From the human T2T-CHM13v2.0 reference genome, Homo sapiens: a stretch of DNA of 64,000 bases. How positions within the stretch are numbered: the stretch's first letter is position 1; every line of letters begins with the position of its first letter. The stretch lies in NCBI RefSeq assembly GCF_009914755.1, contig NC_060939.1; one strand, 5' to 3'. Position numbers and translations under genes: made by a program. Below the pieces are notes generated by a model. It made no database searches, had not been told where the DNA came from, and was given only the letters and a program-made list of their open reading frames with translations. Shown piece after piece: positions 15,386 to 28,099 of this stretch.

Positions 15386-15949
15386 CACGAGGCTGTCTGT
15401 AAACCCATTGACTTAAACATTTTATTCTTCATTCTAAAGACATTTTTTGTCTTTTTTTTTTTTTTTCTTAAAAAGTCTCTGAAAATTTTGGTTTTCTATT
15501 TCCCTGAAATTTACTAGACCTTCATGAAATGCATCACCAGATGACTGACTTTGCAAACATTTTTTTCTGTCCTTCCATTTTGTACAGAGGAATTCTGCAA
15601 TGAGGGGACATAGCAAAAAAGGCCCACTTTCCTTGCAGGCTCTTCAGAGCAACATCTGCTTCAGTGGAGACAGCAACAGACTACTGAGTACTTCCCCCAG
15701 GCCTCTGGTCCATACCCACAGCCCTGTTATCCTGGTTTCTCCATAGGGGAGCAAATGTCAACCAGCCACATTAGCATCTTTTTTATGTTCATTAAGAAGC
15801 CAGAGGATTATTGGTTCTGAATATCTCTCTAGCTGCATCCTGGGATCTAGGTCTCCCTCAGCGTGGTCTGATTGCCCTTTCCAGTGTACCAAATTCACAT
15901 AAACTCCTTGAGAGCAAGGGTAATATGTTCACTCATTAAGTTGGTACCT

Positions 15950-16130
15950 CTTGAGCGCCTACTATGTTCACCATTCTGGGAACCAGGAATGCAGAAATGA
16001 ACAAGACAGATGTGGGCCCTATCCTTAGGGATCTCATACTGTGATGAGCAAGACAGAAAATAAACAAGGAAATGAATGAATACATTTTTTTTCAAATCAT
16101 GATAACATGATTAGGGAAGGTTTTTCCAAC
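15950..16130 (-). mobile_element. L2 3' fragment
   Basis: ttgagcgcctactatg ... atgcagaaatgaacaagacaga ... ccct is antisense L2 terminus. Confidence 0.6.
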
Positions 16131-17156
16131 CACCTGTGATAAAATAAATCTCTATAAATGTTTGAGTTGAATCTCATTTCACCAAATTGAATCGGACCCC
16201 CTCTGCACATCAAGCTCAGATGATAACTTTGAAAATGGCCTTCAACTATACTGCTGTTTTGTGTACAGCTCTAATTAGCCCATGTGTAATTTGAGACATT
16301 GAATGTTTTGGCTGTAGGACATCTCTGTGGCATGAAGTTTTTCTGATATATGGCCATTGACCTGAATACTGCCATGTCTAGCTTTCTACATCCCAGAAGC
16401 AGCTGAGTACCTGTAATATCATTATTTGCAATCACTTTTGTATACATCCATAAGTCAGGAAGCAGAAAGGGTGAATAAGTGGTGATGTTCTTATTGTCTG
16501 TATATTTGAGAGTATATGTATGAGCAGATTATGATAAATGCATCTTAATGGAAACCCAGCCAGGGTTATACATACAGTTTAAACATCAGAGGTTTCTGAT
16601 AGATTATAATAAAACTAAAGGGAAAAAATTGCACTTTTCCAAGCATTTGTAGAGCTGTGATTCATTTTTACCATTAAAATATTTATATTAAGTTAAACAC
16701 TTCATTTGTTATCAGCCCAGGACCCTATAAAAGATAATAAATTTGTCATTATTTTCCATTAAATTTCCACTCTTTGATAAGTACTGAACTTTTAAAGACA
16801 TGATGCTGGCCAGAATGAACTTATTATATATATTTTTAAATTAACCATTTGTTCAACTTTGGTATATATTACATTCTGAATAATCTAATTCTGGTCTCAT
16901 TATTATTTTAAACAACTATTACTTTCCAAAAATATGCATGGTTCACTGTAGAGAACTCTGAATGACAAGTCTGTTGAACTTTCAAAACAACTGTTAACTA
17001 GTCTTCTTCCTCATCTGTAATATTATTATATTATTGATATTGATTTTAGGCATCTATCAATAAATATGAATATATTACTTTTAGATACTCTTAGGGTGTA
17101 AGCATAGAATTGATTCATATCAGTTAAACTAACTCATTTAAGAATATTACTTATGA

Positions 17157-17448
17157 GGCCGGGTGCAGTGGCTCATGCCTGTAATCTCAGCACTTTGGGA
17201 GGCCGAGGCGAGTGAATCATCTGAAGTCAGGAGTTCAAGACCGGCCTGGCCAACATGGTGAAACCCTGTCTCTACTAAAAATGCAAAAATTAGCCAGGCG
17301 TGGGGGTGGATGCCTGTAATCCCAGCTACTCGGGAGGCTAAGGCAGGAGAATCGCTTGAACCCAGGAGTTAGAGGTTGCAATGAGCCGAGATCACGCCAT
17401 TGCACTCCAGCCTGGGCGACAGAGTGAGACGCCATCTCCAAAAAAAAA
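17157..17448 (+). mobile_element. AluSx/Sz-type SINE
   Basis: Full dimer; 17-bp TSD aagaata(t/c)tacttatga. Confidence 0.97.
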
Positions 17449-18142
17449 GAATACTACTTATGAAAAATTGTTCAAATCATAGGACACAGAAATATATACA
17501 AAAAACAGTTTTTAGTACAATTAGAGCGAAAGGAACAGGATCCAGGTAAAGAAAAGCTTCCTGTGACACCACAGACTTCAGTGTCTCTGGGGCAGCGCTG
17601 ATAGTTTTGTTGAGCAAATTGCTAACATAATTCATTTGATATGTGGCAGTATTATTAAGCTACCATGTAGAAGACCAATTAGAGGTGTTTGGTTTGTGGG
17701 GCTCTTTGCTTTTGGAAGTTTGTTTTGTTTGTCTGTATTGGGGAGTGGAAATAGTAGAGAGAAAGAGGAAGGAGGCCAAGTGGGAAGTTATTGCTGAAAT
17801 ACAAGTGCAAAATAGAAAAGGAACAAAAACAGATACATGGAAGTGGAGAAAATATATATGGGATATTAAGGACATGTATTGTCCTCTTCTGTTAAATTTA
17901 GGTTGGAAAGAAAGGTATTTATGATAGGAGTAGTTACATTCCTTATATTCAGTACCATTTAAATCATTTGCATTGTTTAGTGTCCAACTTATTTGCACCA
18001 GGAATTGAACTGAGTGCTTCTGAGTTCTGGTGTGCTATGTTCTCTGTTTTAATGCTTCATCTATTTCAAAAACAAAAACAAAACAAAACTGTTACCTGCA
18101 TATCATACACGTATATGCATATCATATATAAATATATGGTTC

Positions 18143-18143
<1 letters not shown>

Positions 18144-18171
<28 letters not shown>
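18144..18171. repeat. (CA)n microsatellite
   Basis: Uninterrupted CA run. Confidence 0.97.
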
Positions 18172-18174
<3 letters not shown>

Positions 18175-18225
18175 TACTTTGTGAGTAAAAGAAAACAAGG
18201 TATCATTAAAAGTTGGAAACGTGTC

Positions 18226-18506
18226 TTTTTTTTTTTTTTTTTTTTTTTTTGAGACAGGGTCTCACTCTGTTGCCCAGGACTATGGCTCACTGCAGCATTC
18301 GCGTCCCCCTCTTCCAGGCTCAAGTGACCCTCCCACCTCAGTCTCCCAAGTAGCTGGGACTGCAGGTGCATGCCACCATGCCCAGCTAATTTTTCTATGT
18401 TTTGTAGAGATGGGATCTCACAATGTTCCTCAGGCTGGTGTGGAACTCCTGGGCTCAGCGATTCTTCTGCCTCAGCCACCCAAAGTGCTGGAATTACAGG
18501 AGCGAG
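18226..18506 (-). mobile_element. AluJ-type SINE, slightly 5' truncated with a small internal deletion
   Basis: Poly-T then antisense Alu; lacks the ctggagtgcagtggc segment and the first ~14 nt; flanked by ggaaac(g/a)t. Confidence 0.92.
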
Positions 18507-19489
18507 GAAACATTTTCTACCAGGAATCTTTATGAAATGTGTTTGTAAATAACAAAAAACATTTTCAAATTGTTGGAAATTTCTCAGCAGTTAGTGCATT
18601 AAAAAAAAAAAAGTTTCAACCAGCATGTGTTTCCTCATCTTAAACAATAAGTAGCAATGTTTGGAAAATGTTTGTTATATTATCTCTCTAAATAAAAGTT
18701 GATAGTTCCCGTAACACTTGTAACAAACATTTCTGGGTGACAAAATAATTTGCCTTTCAGGTCATTCCCAAGTAAATTTATTTTTAAAGCATTTATTTGC
18801 AGCTGCAAGGGCTCCCAAAAAAAGGGCGGCTGTTGGACGGCTTCAGTTGGCCTAGAGTTTTCATTTATTCCATGCTCTTTTTTATAAGTGAACTTTTCTC
18901 AAAGTTGTGTTTCTTTTCTTAACTTTCATTCATAAAGGTAAGTGTCTTTATTTCCTTGAAAAGCTTTATGAGTGTATTTATTAGAATTAAGTGGTTTTCT
19001 TTAAAAAATCACAGACTTAGTCTTCTTAGAGCTAGCCAAGATCTCTCATAGATATAATCTAATTTCATGAGTGAAGAAACCAAGGCCCAGGGAGATTTAA
19101 GTCACTCAGTGTTGAACACTAATCAGTGGGTTGAGTAAAATCTTTAAAAACAGAAATGAATTAACATTTATGGTAGGAATTGTTTGAATTTCACAAGTAC
19201 TTAGTATTATATAACTGCTGTCTACCACTTTGACATAGAGAACTCTTTGAATACCAAAACATTTTTCCTAATAATTAGTGGCAGCCAATAATATTATCAG
19301 ACCCCCGAGCCAACCACATGCTGACCTAATACAAGACCTGAGGATTTTTCACTCTGAGTCTTGTTCCCTTGCTGCTACATAACACTACACTGTGAGTTAA
19401 AATCAGCTAATAAGGATTTTAAAAATTTAACCATGAAGGGAAATAGTCTAGAAGTTATTTAATCATTCGTTACAACCCAAGAAGCAATA

Positions 19490-19700
19490 TAGCTGAGTAG
19501 AAAGGGCACAGGTCTGGGGGAGTGGCAGTGGGAAATAACTTTGGTTCTCATTTGGTCTCTCATTTGTATGACCTGGGGCAAATCTCTCAATTTCTCTCTC
19601 TTTTCTTACTCATCTGTAAAATGGGCACAATTTGGATTCTTGTAAAGTTTGAGTGAGCTTAGATATACATAGTGCCTGCCACATAATACACATTTGACAA
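19490..19700 (+). mobile_element. MIR
   Basis: tgacctggggcaaatctctcaat ... ctcatctgtaaaatggg ... agtgcctgccacata. Confidence 0.75.
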
Positions 19701-21779
19701 CAGGTAACTAGAAGTACTTGATGGAAAGTATCTGTAAGTAAACCAGTGTGTGCCAAGTTGAGGTAAATAGATACGGGATGAGATGTTTTGCAGTCATTGC
19801 CGGGTCTTAGTTTGTGACTTTGTTATAATTCTGTGCTGTGGCATAGATGCCATAGCCAGATGTCTCACTTTTCAGTGTGACACTGCTAAGAATCTGAACA
19901 CTTCTGCAGGGCAGAAACCGGTGCACTAACAAACTGTCTCCTTGCCCAACAAAGTTTGCCTCCAGCAGAGGCCTTTTCATTTTCCTTTTTTTTTTTCCTC
20001 TCTCACAACAGCTGTTTCCCTGTTTTTGGAACCACATAGTGAATTCGGATTAGTAATTTCACTTTCCAAGGTCTCAGATACTTGAGAAGTTAGCAGATAT
20101 TTTTTCCATTTTAGATTTAGGTACCAAAAAAGTAAAAACAAACAAACAAACAAAACGTGCAGCCATCAACTGGGGGGTACATTCACCACTTGGGATTATT
20201 TCAAAGCAAAAGTGCATTTACTAGATCTATGTGACTTCTGATTTGAGGGTCAGTTTTTTAAAAACATCACCAACCACAGACTTGTAAAGTTTGCAGAAAC
20301 TGCCGACAGACCCAAAATGCTAAAGGTTGTAATCTCTTGAAAGGAGTTGGTTGATTTTCCTGTTGCCCCTCCTATCAACTTTAACCTCCAACCTTCTCCG
20401 GCATGTATCACTACAAATAAAACTGCTGAGGTTTGACAAGAGGATATAAAGTCAGTAGGCCATCGCACAGAGACGGCCACGTGATTTTCTTCAACCTGAA
20501 ATGAATGCTCTTTAAGTTGGGCTTTTCAATAGGAAGTCATAAACACTCACTCGTATCGCTTTAAGTTTTAATAATTACTGTTCCAAAAAACCCCAGAAAT
20601 ATACATATTAAATGATGTTTGACAACTGGAATTTAGTGGTTTTGTTATTGGTTGTCTTAGACCATTAACTTGGATTTCTGTTCTTAATTTTAATGTATAC
20701 GATTTCAAGCAAGCAGCATATGATACTGATATAAACATGGCATTTGTATACTGCATTATAAATGAATTTTTAGCTTGTGATTAAGACAAACCAGATGACC
20801 TAAAGCAAACAATGTGTTTGTATTGCTCTGGTGACTTAAAAATAATGCCCTGCCCTGGATTCACCTGCAGTGCCTTTTGTCCTTTAGGGAACTGGAGATA
20901 TGTGGCCCATGTAGCATTTAAGCTCACCAAGGTTTCTGAAGTTTCATTATTTTTATAGATTTCTCAAATAATTCCACTGTCTGTGGAAATTATTCATCCT
21001 ACACTAGATAAATGCTGTCTTATGAAGTCTGTGGCACGATTCAGACTGAACTCAGCTGGCTGTCTGCCGCTAGATCGGATCTGAACATTAGGAATGGGAT
21101 GCTATTGCATCAGTAATTGAACAGTGGTTCTTCTTTTAAAAAGCAAAAACAAAAAAGTACATCTGTGTTTTTGTCAAGGCCAGCTTATTAGCTCCCAAAC
21201 AACCATAGAGAGGTGGCCTACCTGTCCAAGTGTTCTTTTTTCACGCTGATTTTCTCCTATCTATGTTATTTTCACCAGGCCATTGAGTGAAGGGAGGACA
21301 CAGGTTCTGAAGGAGCAGCAAGTCTGAGAAGGAAAGGGCATTGGTGCTGGGAGGTGGGAGACAGGGCACCAACCAGGTCCCCCGACCTTTTGGCCACCTC
21401 AGCAGAATCCTGCCTTTTAGCAGAGCCAGTATACCTTCTGCAAATGCATTGTGTTGCCGTAATGAAAATGCCTCTGTTTGAAACTCCAGACCCAGTCACC
21501 TGAGCACTTCACTTCTTCCTGAGCAGGATCCAGAGCCTAGAAAAGAATTATGTGTTGGTTCGCGGTGGTGGTGTGGTGGGGGCACAGGAGAGGGGAAGAA
21601 GAAACAAATCCAAACCAAAAAACCTATGTGGGTATGACTGTCATCTTAAAATTCTTAGGGAACTACATTTTTGTATGTTCCTTATGGCAAAAAAAACTGT
21701 TGAGACCATTAGGAACCTCCCTCATTCGTCCCATGAAACAGTGCAATTTTACTCTATAAATCCAAATGCTAATTATTAA

Positions 21780-21960
21780 CAACAGCTGTAGTAATCCATT
21801 GCATTTATTCAGCACCTCCATATACATTATTTCGTTTGAGCTAACCACTCCTCTAGGAAACTGAAAGCATTTTAATGGATAGGAAAGCAAAGGCTCAGAA
21901 AGATAAAGTGACTTGTCCAATATTAATTCATCAGCGTCAGAGCCAGGATTTCAGCATTTA
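21780..21960 (-). mobile_element. MIR
   Basis: ggaaagcaaaggctcagaaagataaagtgacttgtccaa ... cagagccaggattt. Confidence 0.75.
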
Positions 21961-22697
21961 CTATGTACCAGGCATCCAAGGATGGGTTTGATTCCTTCCC
22001 TCAAGGTGCTTACAGTCTCTGATGTGTGGGATGGAGGGTGACGTTGCTGATAGCTCAATACTTAACGTACAGCAGGAAGGAGCACTGAGGCAGTGGCTTG
22101 AGCTCAGTCTGTGGGAGGAGACCTGTTTTGATCCAGCTGCCCTCATTCCAAGTAAGGGCAGTTTTAAGAATTAGCTGTTTGGCCAATTGAAAAATATCTT
22201 CCCATTTTAACTCACTGAATTGCCAGTTCCGAAACTTTTTAAGATAAAGCTATACTATAATTATAAAAGAGGCCAACCTTATAACTCAACTGCTGAAAAG
22301 GGAGACAAAGACCTACAAAACTTATTAGGAAAAGCCATGGAGATCAGCAGGTGGAGGTGTGGGGCTAGTTGGGTGGACAACTCAGAGGTAAAAAAGCAAA
22401 CAAACAAAATTATAGGTAGGACAAGAAAAAGCATCTGTCTTTTTGCTAATGTGAACTGCCAAAACCTCCCCTTTTATTTTTTATATTTTTGTATTGAAAC
22501 ATTAAAATAAATGAACAACCTTCTAACATTTAGACGGTACTGGGTAAGGGAAGCCCAGTCTGATTGATTTAGGTATTTTAAATTTTAGATCAATATCCAC
22601 AAAATGAATATTTTTACTACTTAACTAAGTGTTCTTTATGTTTGCTTTTACCAAGAACTTCATTCCATTTTTATTGATAAAAGCATATATATATGCT

Positions 22698-22702
<5 letters not shown>

Positions 22703-22733
<31 letters not shown>
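22703..22733. repeat. (TA)n microsatellite
   Basis: Uninterrupted TA run. Confidence 0.95.
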
Positions 22734-22737
<4 letters not shown>

Positions 22738-22884
22738 CTAATAGAGTTAAAAATAGGCATACATATGGTTGAGAAGAGATTTAATTCATGTCTTAATGCC
22801 ATGGAAATTCCTAGGTATTCCTGAAAACAATGTTCTAAAAGCACCCAGTGTTGCCTAGGTGGAAGACTCTAAAGTTAATGTGAG

Positions 22885-23023
22885 AGCCAGGCACAGCAGC
22901 TCACGCCTATAATACCAAAACTTTAGGAGGCCAAGGTGTGTGGATCACTTGAGGCCAGGAACTTGAGACCAGCCTGGGCAACATGGTGAGACCCCATCCC
23001 TACTAAAAATATAAAAAAAAAAT
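22885..23023 (+). mobile_element. Alu left monomer (AluJ/FLAM-like)
   Basis: agccaggcacagcagctcacgcctataat ... ctactaaaaatataaaaaaaaaatt; no right monomer. Confidence 0.9.
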
Positions 23024-23029
23024 TGCTAT

Positions 23030-23640
23030 TTGCAACCATTGTGGAAGACAGTACAGTGTGGCGATTACTCAATGATCTAGAAGTAGAAATACCATTTGAC
23101 CCAGCAATCTTATTACTGGGTATATAACCAAAGGAATGTTAATCATTCTGTTATAAAGATACATGCACGTGTATGTTCATTGCAGCACTATTCACAATAG
23201 CAAAGACGTGGAATCAACCCAAATGCCCATCAATGATACAGTGAATAAAGAAAATGTGGTACATATACACCATGGAATACTATGCAGCCATAAAAAGGAA
23301 CAAGATCATGTCCTTCGCAGGGTCATGGATGGAGCTGGAAGCCATTATGCTCAGCAAACTAACGCAGGAACAGAAAACCAAACACTGCATGTTGTCACTT
23401 GTAAGTGGCTGCTGAACAATGAAAACACATAGACACATGGGTGGGGGAACAACACACACTGGAGCCTGTTGGGGGTGCAGGGGAGGGAGAGCATCAGGAA
23501 GAATAGCTAATGGATGCTGGGCTTAATACTTAGGTGATTGGTCGATAGGTGCAGCAAACCACCATGGCACACGTTTACCTATGTAACAAACCTGCACATC
23601 CTGTACATGTACCCCAGAACTCGAAATAAAAGTTGATGAA
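23030..23640 (+). mobile_element. Older L1PA (about L1PA11-16) 3' end: ORF2 tail plus 3' UTR
   Basis: caaccattgtggaagacag ... ataccatttgacccagcaatc ... gtaacaaacctgcacatcctgtacatgtacccc. Confidence 0.92.
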
Positions 23641-26499
23641 TAAAAATGATTTACCTTCATTTAAATAGCTTAGATTCTGTTGCCTATAAATATAGGGCAC
23701 TAAATTTTTATTTATGCAGGATAACTGTCCTGGTTATGCCAAAGATATATTAAATACAATGTTTAATTGATGACTCAAAACATACCTTAAGTTTATCTTT
23801 CTAGAACTTTGTATTTCAGAAGATAAAGTAGATGAGGCTGCATCTGTCTGCACTGACTTTCTCCTCCCAATGACAAAGAACGCTATCTGTTTTGAAGTGA
23901 CTTTTAATTTGTTGAATATTGGTGGTGAGTGGAAAATGAATGTAAATGAAATATCATATTGCTGGAGCAGGTACAAGGGATGTGAATGAAAGCTTCCTGT
24001 TTTATGGGCTGCTGAGAGGTGATAGCTCTTAAAAAGCAGTCTGCTAAGTGATCCCAAGTTAATGCAAATTAACAGTTGTTTTCTTTCAGAACTGTGTGAC
24101 TGAATAAACATTTACCATTTGTTTCATTTCTACTCATCTCTTGAAACAGTTGCTACAGGTCTTAATAGTAAGACTCGAAACATATAATGTATTAGCCTTG
24201 GCACATCAAAATATTGTTCATCTTCCAAACTTGAGATATTCCAGTTTGGCTTCTCACTGAGTTTATAATGTTCTGAGGGTATGTATCTAAAAACGCATCT
24301 TACTAATCTCCTGGAATTGATTTTTTTAAAAAAGTCCCTGTAACTTGTCACTATTCCCAGCTTAAACATGGTCTGTCAATTGTGAGATTGATGGGCATTG
24401 TGGTACATTTCAATCTTAGGAGGGGCCTGAATAAGAAATTTAAACTATTAAATAGTGTTTTGGAAGAGAGACGTATGATATTTGTGCAAAATAATAATGA
24501 GGTTAAAAATGGAATTTCAGCCTTAGCTGAAAGAGCAATGCCTCCTGCTTTTTTGTGCAAGCCTTTCGCATGATTCAATGTGATCACCTTTTCTCATAGC
24601 ACCACTGCGGCAACTGTGAGGGGTAAAGAATTTCAGCAATTGAACAACAGTATCAAATAAATTCATTTTAGGAACTCTCCTAAAGGTTTATTCCAATCGT
24701 TAACATTCCTGGAGCTGGTGGTGTCTGCCAAGTGCTCAGCGCTAGTTCACAGGCAGCAAATTTAGCATGACAAAGTTGCTCCCATTTTGCAAATGGGAAA
24801 CCTGGAGCCCCAAACGGAGCCTCTCACAGTAAACTGCAGAATGGAGATGAGATCCTAGAGATACAGTATAAGGGATTATCTGGGATCATGTAGATGGTTT
24901 GCAGTTGCCTTTGTATGGCTACCGGGTTAGATCATTCTTGGCAAGTTTGGTGAATTAGTATCCTATTCCTGAGTCCCATTTCAATACCTAGCTTGGAACT
25001 CTTCCACTCCCTGAAAACTTCCATTGAAATTTTTATCAATGGTATTTGCATAGACAAAATGGAATCAAACTATTGACATGTACTTTTTTATTAAAAAAAA
25101 AAAAAAGCAAATTTATGTGAATGGTTTGTCAGTGGAGATAATTTAGCCAAAGGCACCTGTGTTCTCTAAGGACTCTGCCTGAAAAGACTTTTAGGGGGAG
25201 CTTGGTGAATTTTTTGTCTTTAAAATAAAGCTGTTTTTGAGGTATAAGAGAAGCTTGGTTTTTGAAATGGCACAATGAATAACAAAAGCCCCTTTTCACC
25301 CCCCAGAAAAGGACTAAAAAGAACATTTGTTAGACTCTTGGGGAAGAATTGTGCTGTTAACATGAAAGTCTAGATACAAGAAAAGGGAAAATTGGAAGAA
25401 GAGGAGGAGCAGGTAATACTGGAGAAATGCTGGACCCTGAAAGCAACTTGTTTTGCAAAGATGATTACACTCAAGTTTGGGTTCAAAACGTAAGAAAGCA
25501 TGCTTATAGTGAATAAAACAGCTAGAAGATAAAACTTGGCAGAATATCCTGCCGTTTTGTACAGACTTATGCGTGGGTATGCATGTGTTTCTCTCTCCAT
25601 TCCTTCCTCTTCTCCCACAGTGGCCCTCTAAGTATATTCTGGCAGACAAGTGGCCAATAACCAGTCTTCATAATGGAGGTCAGGTGATTTGTATTTCTGG
25701 ATTTTTAGAATAGACAGGGCTTATCATTGATTTGAAGATGGAAAGTACACTATTTCACTACCCCCTGTCATTTAGTGGATGTGGTTCTTGAGTATGTCCA
25801 GAATTATAAGGCTGTTAATGTGTCTTGAGCCCTGACCTAAACTGTAGATGAGAAGGCTCTTTAAATATTAAAATGGAGAACAAACAGGATTGCTTATGCA
25901 GTAGGAAAGTGCACAGTATTCAGAAGTCAGGCCTAATCTTTTTATGGGGCAGCTATTGGGCATGCTACATTTCTGTCCAAAATATAACTCTTTTGAAAAC
26001 TCCCTCTTTAACAAAAATACTAAGTTGATGGTCTCTCTTAAAAAAAAAAAAAAAAAAAAGGCCAAGTAAGGGAATATATAACTTCAGAGTTATCAAATAT
26101 ATTTATCCCCCTTACATGTCAAAGTTTAAGTGCTGTGTTTTGTATATACAGTCATCATGATATTTGAAAAGGCCATAAAGAAAAACAATTATATAATTGT
26201 TTTTAAAGAACGCAGAAGCAAGGATAAAAAGGCCTTTAGAAACTAGAGAACAGTATTAACAATTATAGTACCTGAAGTCAAGCTGCAAAATTCTGTCCTA
26301 ATTATTGGGGATGATTAATTAAGCGTAAAGTTACACGCCTTGAAAGAATTTCAGAATTATTTTTCTTTGATTTTTCTACCAAAAAAAAGGCCCACCCCAT
26401 CATTTTCTATTTTAGCAGTTTCCACAACTTAAACATTAAATTCTTATTGTTTGATTTCTGTTATATTAGTAGTGTGTGTTTTGCAATTCTAATCTTCAC

Positions 26500-27130
26500 G
26501 TTTTTCTTTCTTTATCACTGAAGTAGGCCTTTTGAAGCTGGGAAATTTTTCATAGCAATATTGACAGTGTTCACATTTGCATGATGACAGCCAAGGAATG
26601 GAGCAGTAATTTTTGAAATTGCAGAAGTATTTAGAACACTGATAAAAGCTGAAATATATTTTTGATGGATTGAAGTTAAGCATACATGATTTTTCCTGCT
26701 GTCAAAAGGCTCTGAATTTAGTGAATATTTGCCTGCTGTGAGAATGCAAGATTAACATCACAACCATCACCCGGGCACCCAAACCCTGCAATTTAATAGC
26801 TTTTTAGGTTCTTTCCTTTTTCTAAACAGCAATTAATCTCATTTTAGTACAATTTTCTCGTTTCTGAAGTCGCTCATTGAATCGCTGTTTTGTTCATATT
26901 TGGCTTCAGCTCCTCTGCATAGTCATTAAAGTCCCAATTAATGTCACCTTTAGCTGAAGAGTACTCATTTTTATTGAGAAAATGACAGTTGCTGCCATGA
27001 GTAGTGCAGTGTAATATACATTAATTGCCCTGTAACACTGGTAATTACGAGTTTTTCAAGCCTCTCAGTAAACTGTCATGCCTAGACAAGACTGTGCTAA
27101 AATAGATTACTCATTAGGGAGACCTGTCCT
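26500..27130. promoter_or_regulatory. Candidate conserved developmental enhancer
   Basis: No recognisable repeat; five TGACAG/CTGTCA sites and many TAAT/TAATTA sites. Function inferred only. Confidence 0.4.
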
Positions 27131-28099
27131 ATTTTCTGGTGAGTTCTTAGTGTTGGTTTAAAAAAAAAAAAAAATCTTGAGCTTGAACAAATAGTTGCCA
27201 AGAGCAATTTCCTACAACAATATCCTCGTGTTGGGTTTTTCAGCCATCACTTAAGATTGCGGTCAGCAAACAGACAGGGTGCAGTGGACGCTACAGATGT
27301 TGAATCTTGAGCCTTTATTTATGTGGATCACAAGAGCGAACTTAAGGGCGTTTTATTCAGGGTTGAATATAGAATGTAACTGAAGAGTGCTCCTAGAGGG
27401 TGTTGTGTTAAAACAGGTTCATTCCCTGGTATTTCGAGAATATGGGAGAGAACCAGTGTGCCACACTTACCAGGTCTTTATCACCTCTGTGCTGAGTCCA
27501 GCAAGGAGAAGCGTTGATGCCTTTATTCAACAAATTCCTATGAGGACTGGAGTAGATAAATAAGTTTGACCCCGAACATGGTGAGCTTTATTGGTTTATA
27601 TGGTTTTAAGGTACAGTTTTAAAAAGGGAGTGGGGAATCCTTAGTTGAAGAGAACTGTAATTATCTTAAATGTGAAATTACCAGCCCACAATCTTGTTTT
27701 AAAATATATGGTTGCTGACTGGCACATTTGGCAGTAGGTTTTTGTTTTTGTTTTTGTTTTCAAATCATATATCTAATTTCAGTGTAGAGATTATTTTTCA
27801 ACTCCCTGTTTCTCTCATATTTCATATGTTGGTGTTTTAACACAAAATAGTGAACTTTAAAGCCCATAGTTGCTTAGAACTGACAAAAAGAAAACCTTTG
27901 TTATATCCTTGCCTAAAGCAGGTGTTATAACAATCTGCTCTTTCCCTCTCTCTCTAAATGAATTTTGTCACAGCCTTTCAAGTTTCCTTGTGGTGATGAG
28001 CTAATGAAAGTAGATAGTACAATTTGTGCTGACCAGGTAGCAAGTGCCAGCTCACAGCTGAGGATAGTTTAAAAAAATAAATAAAATATAGCATCATAT

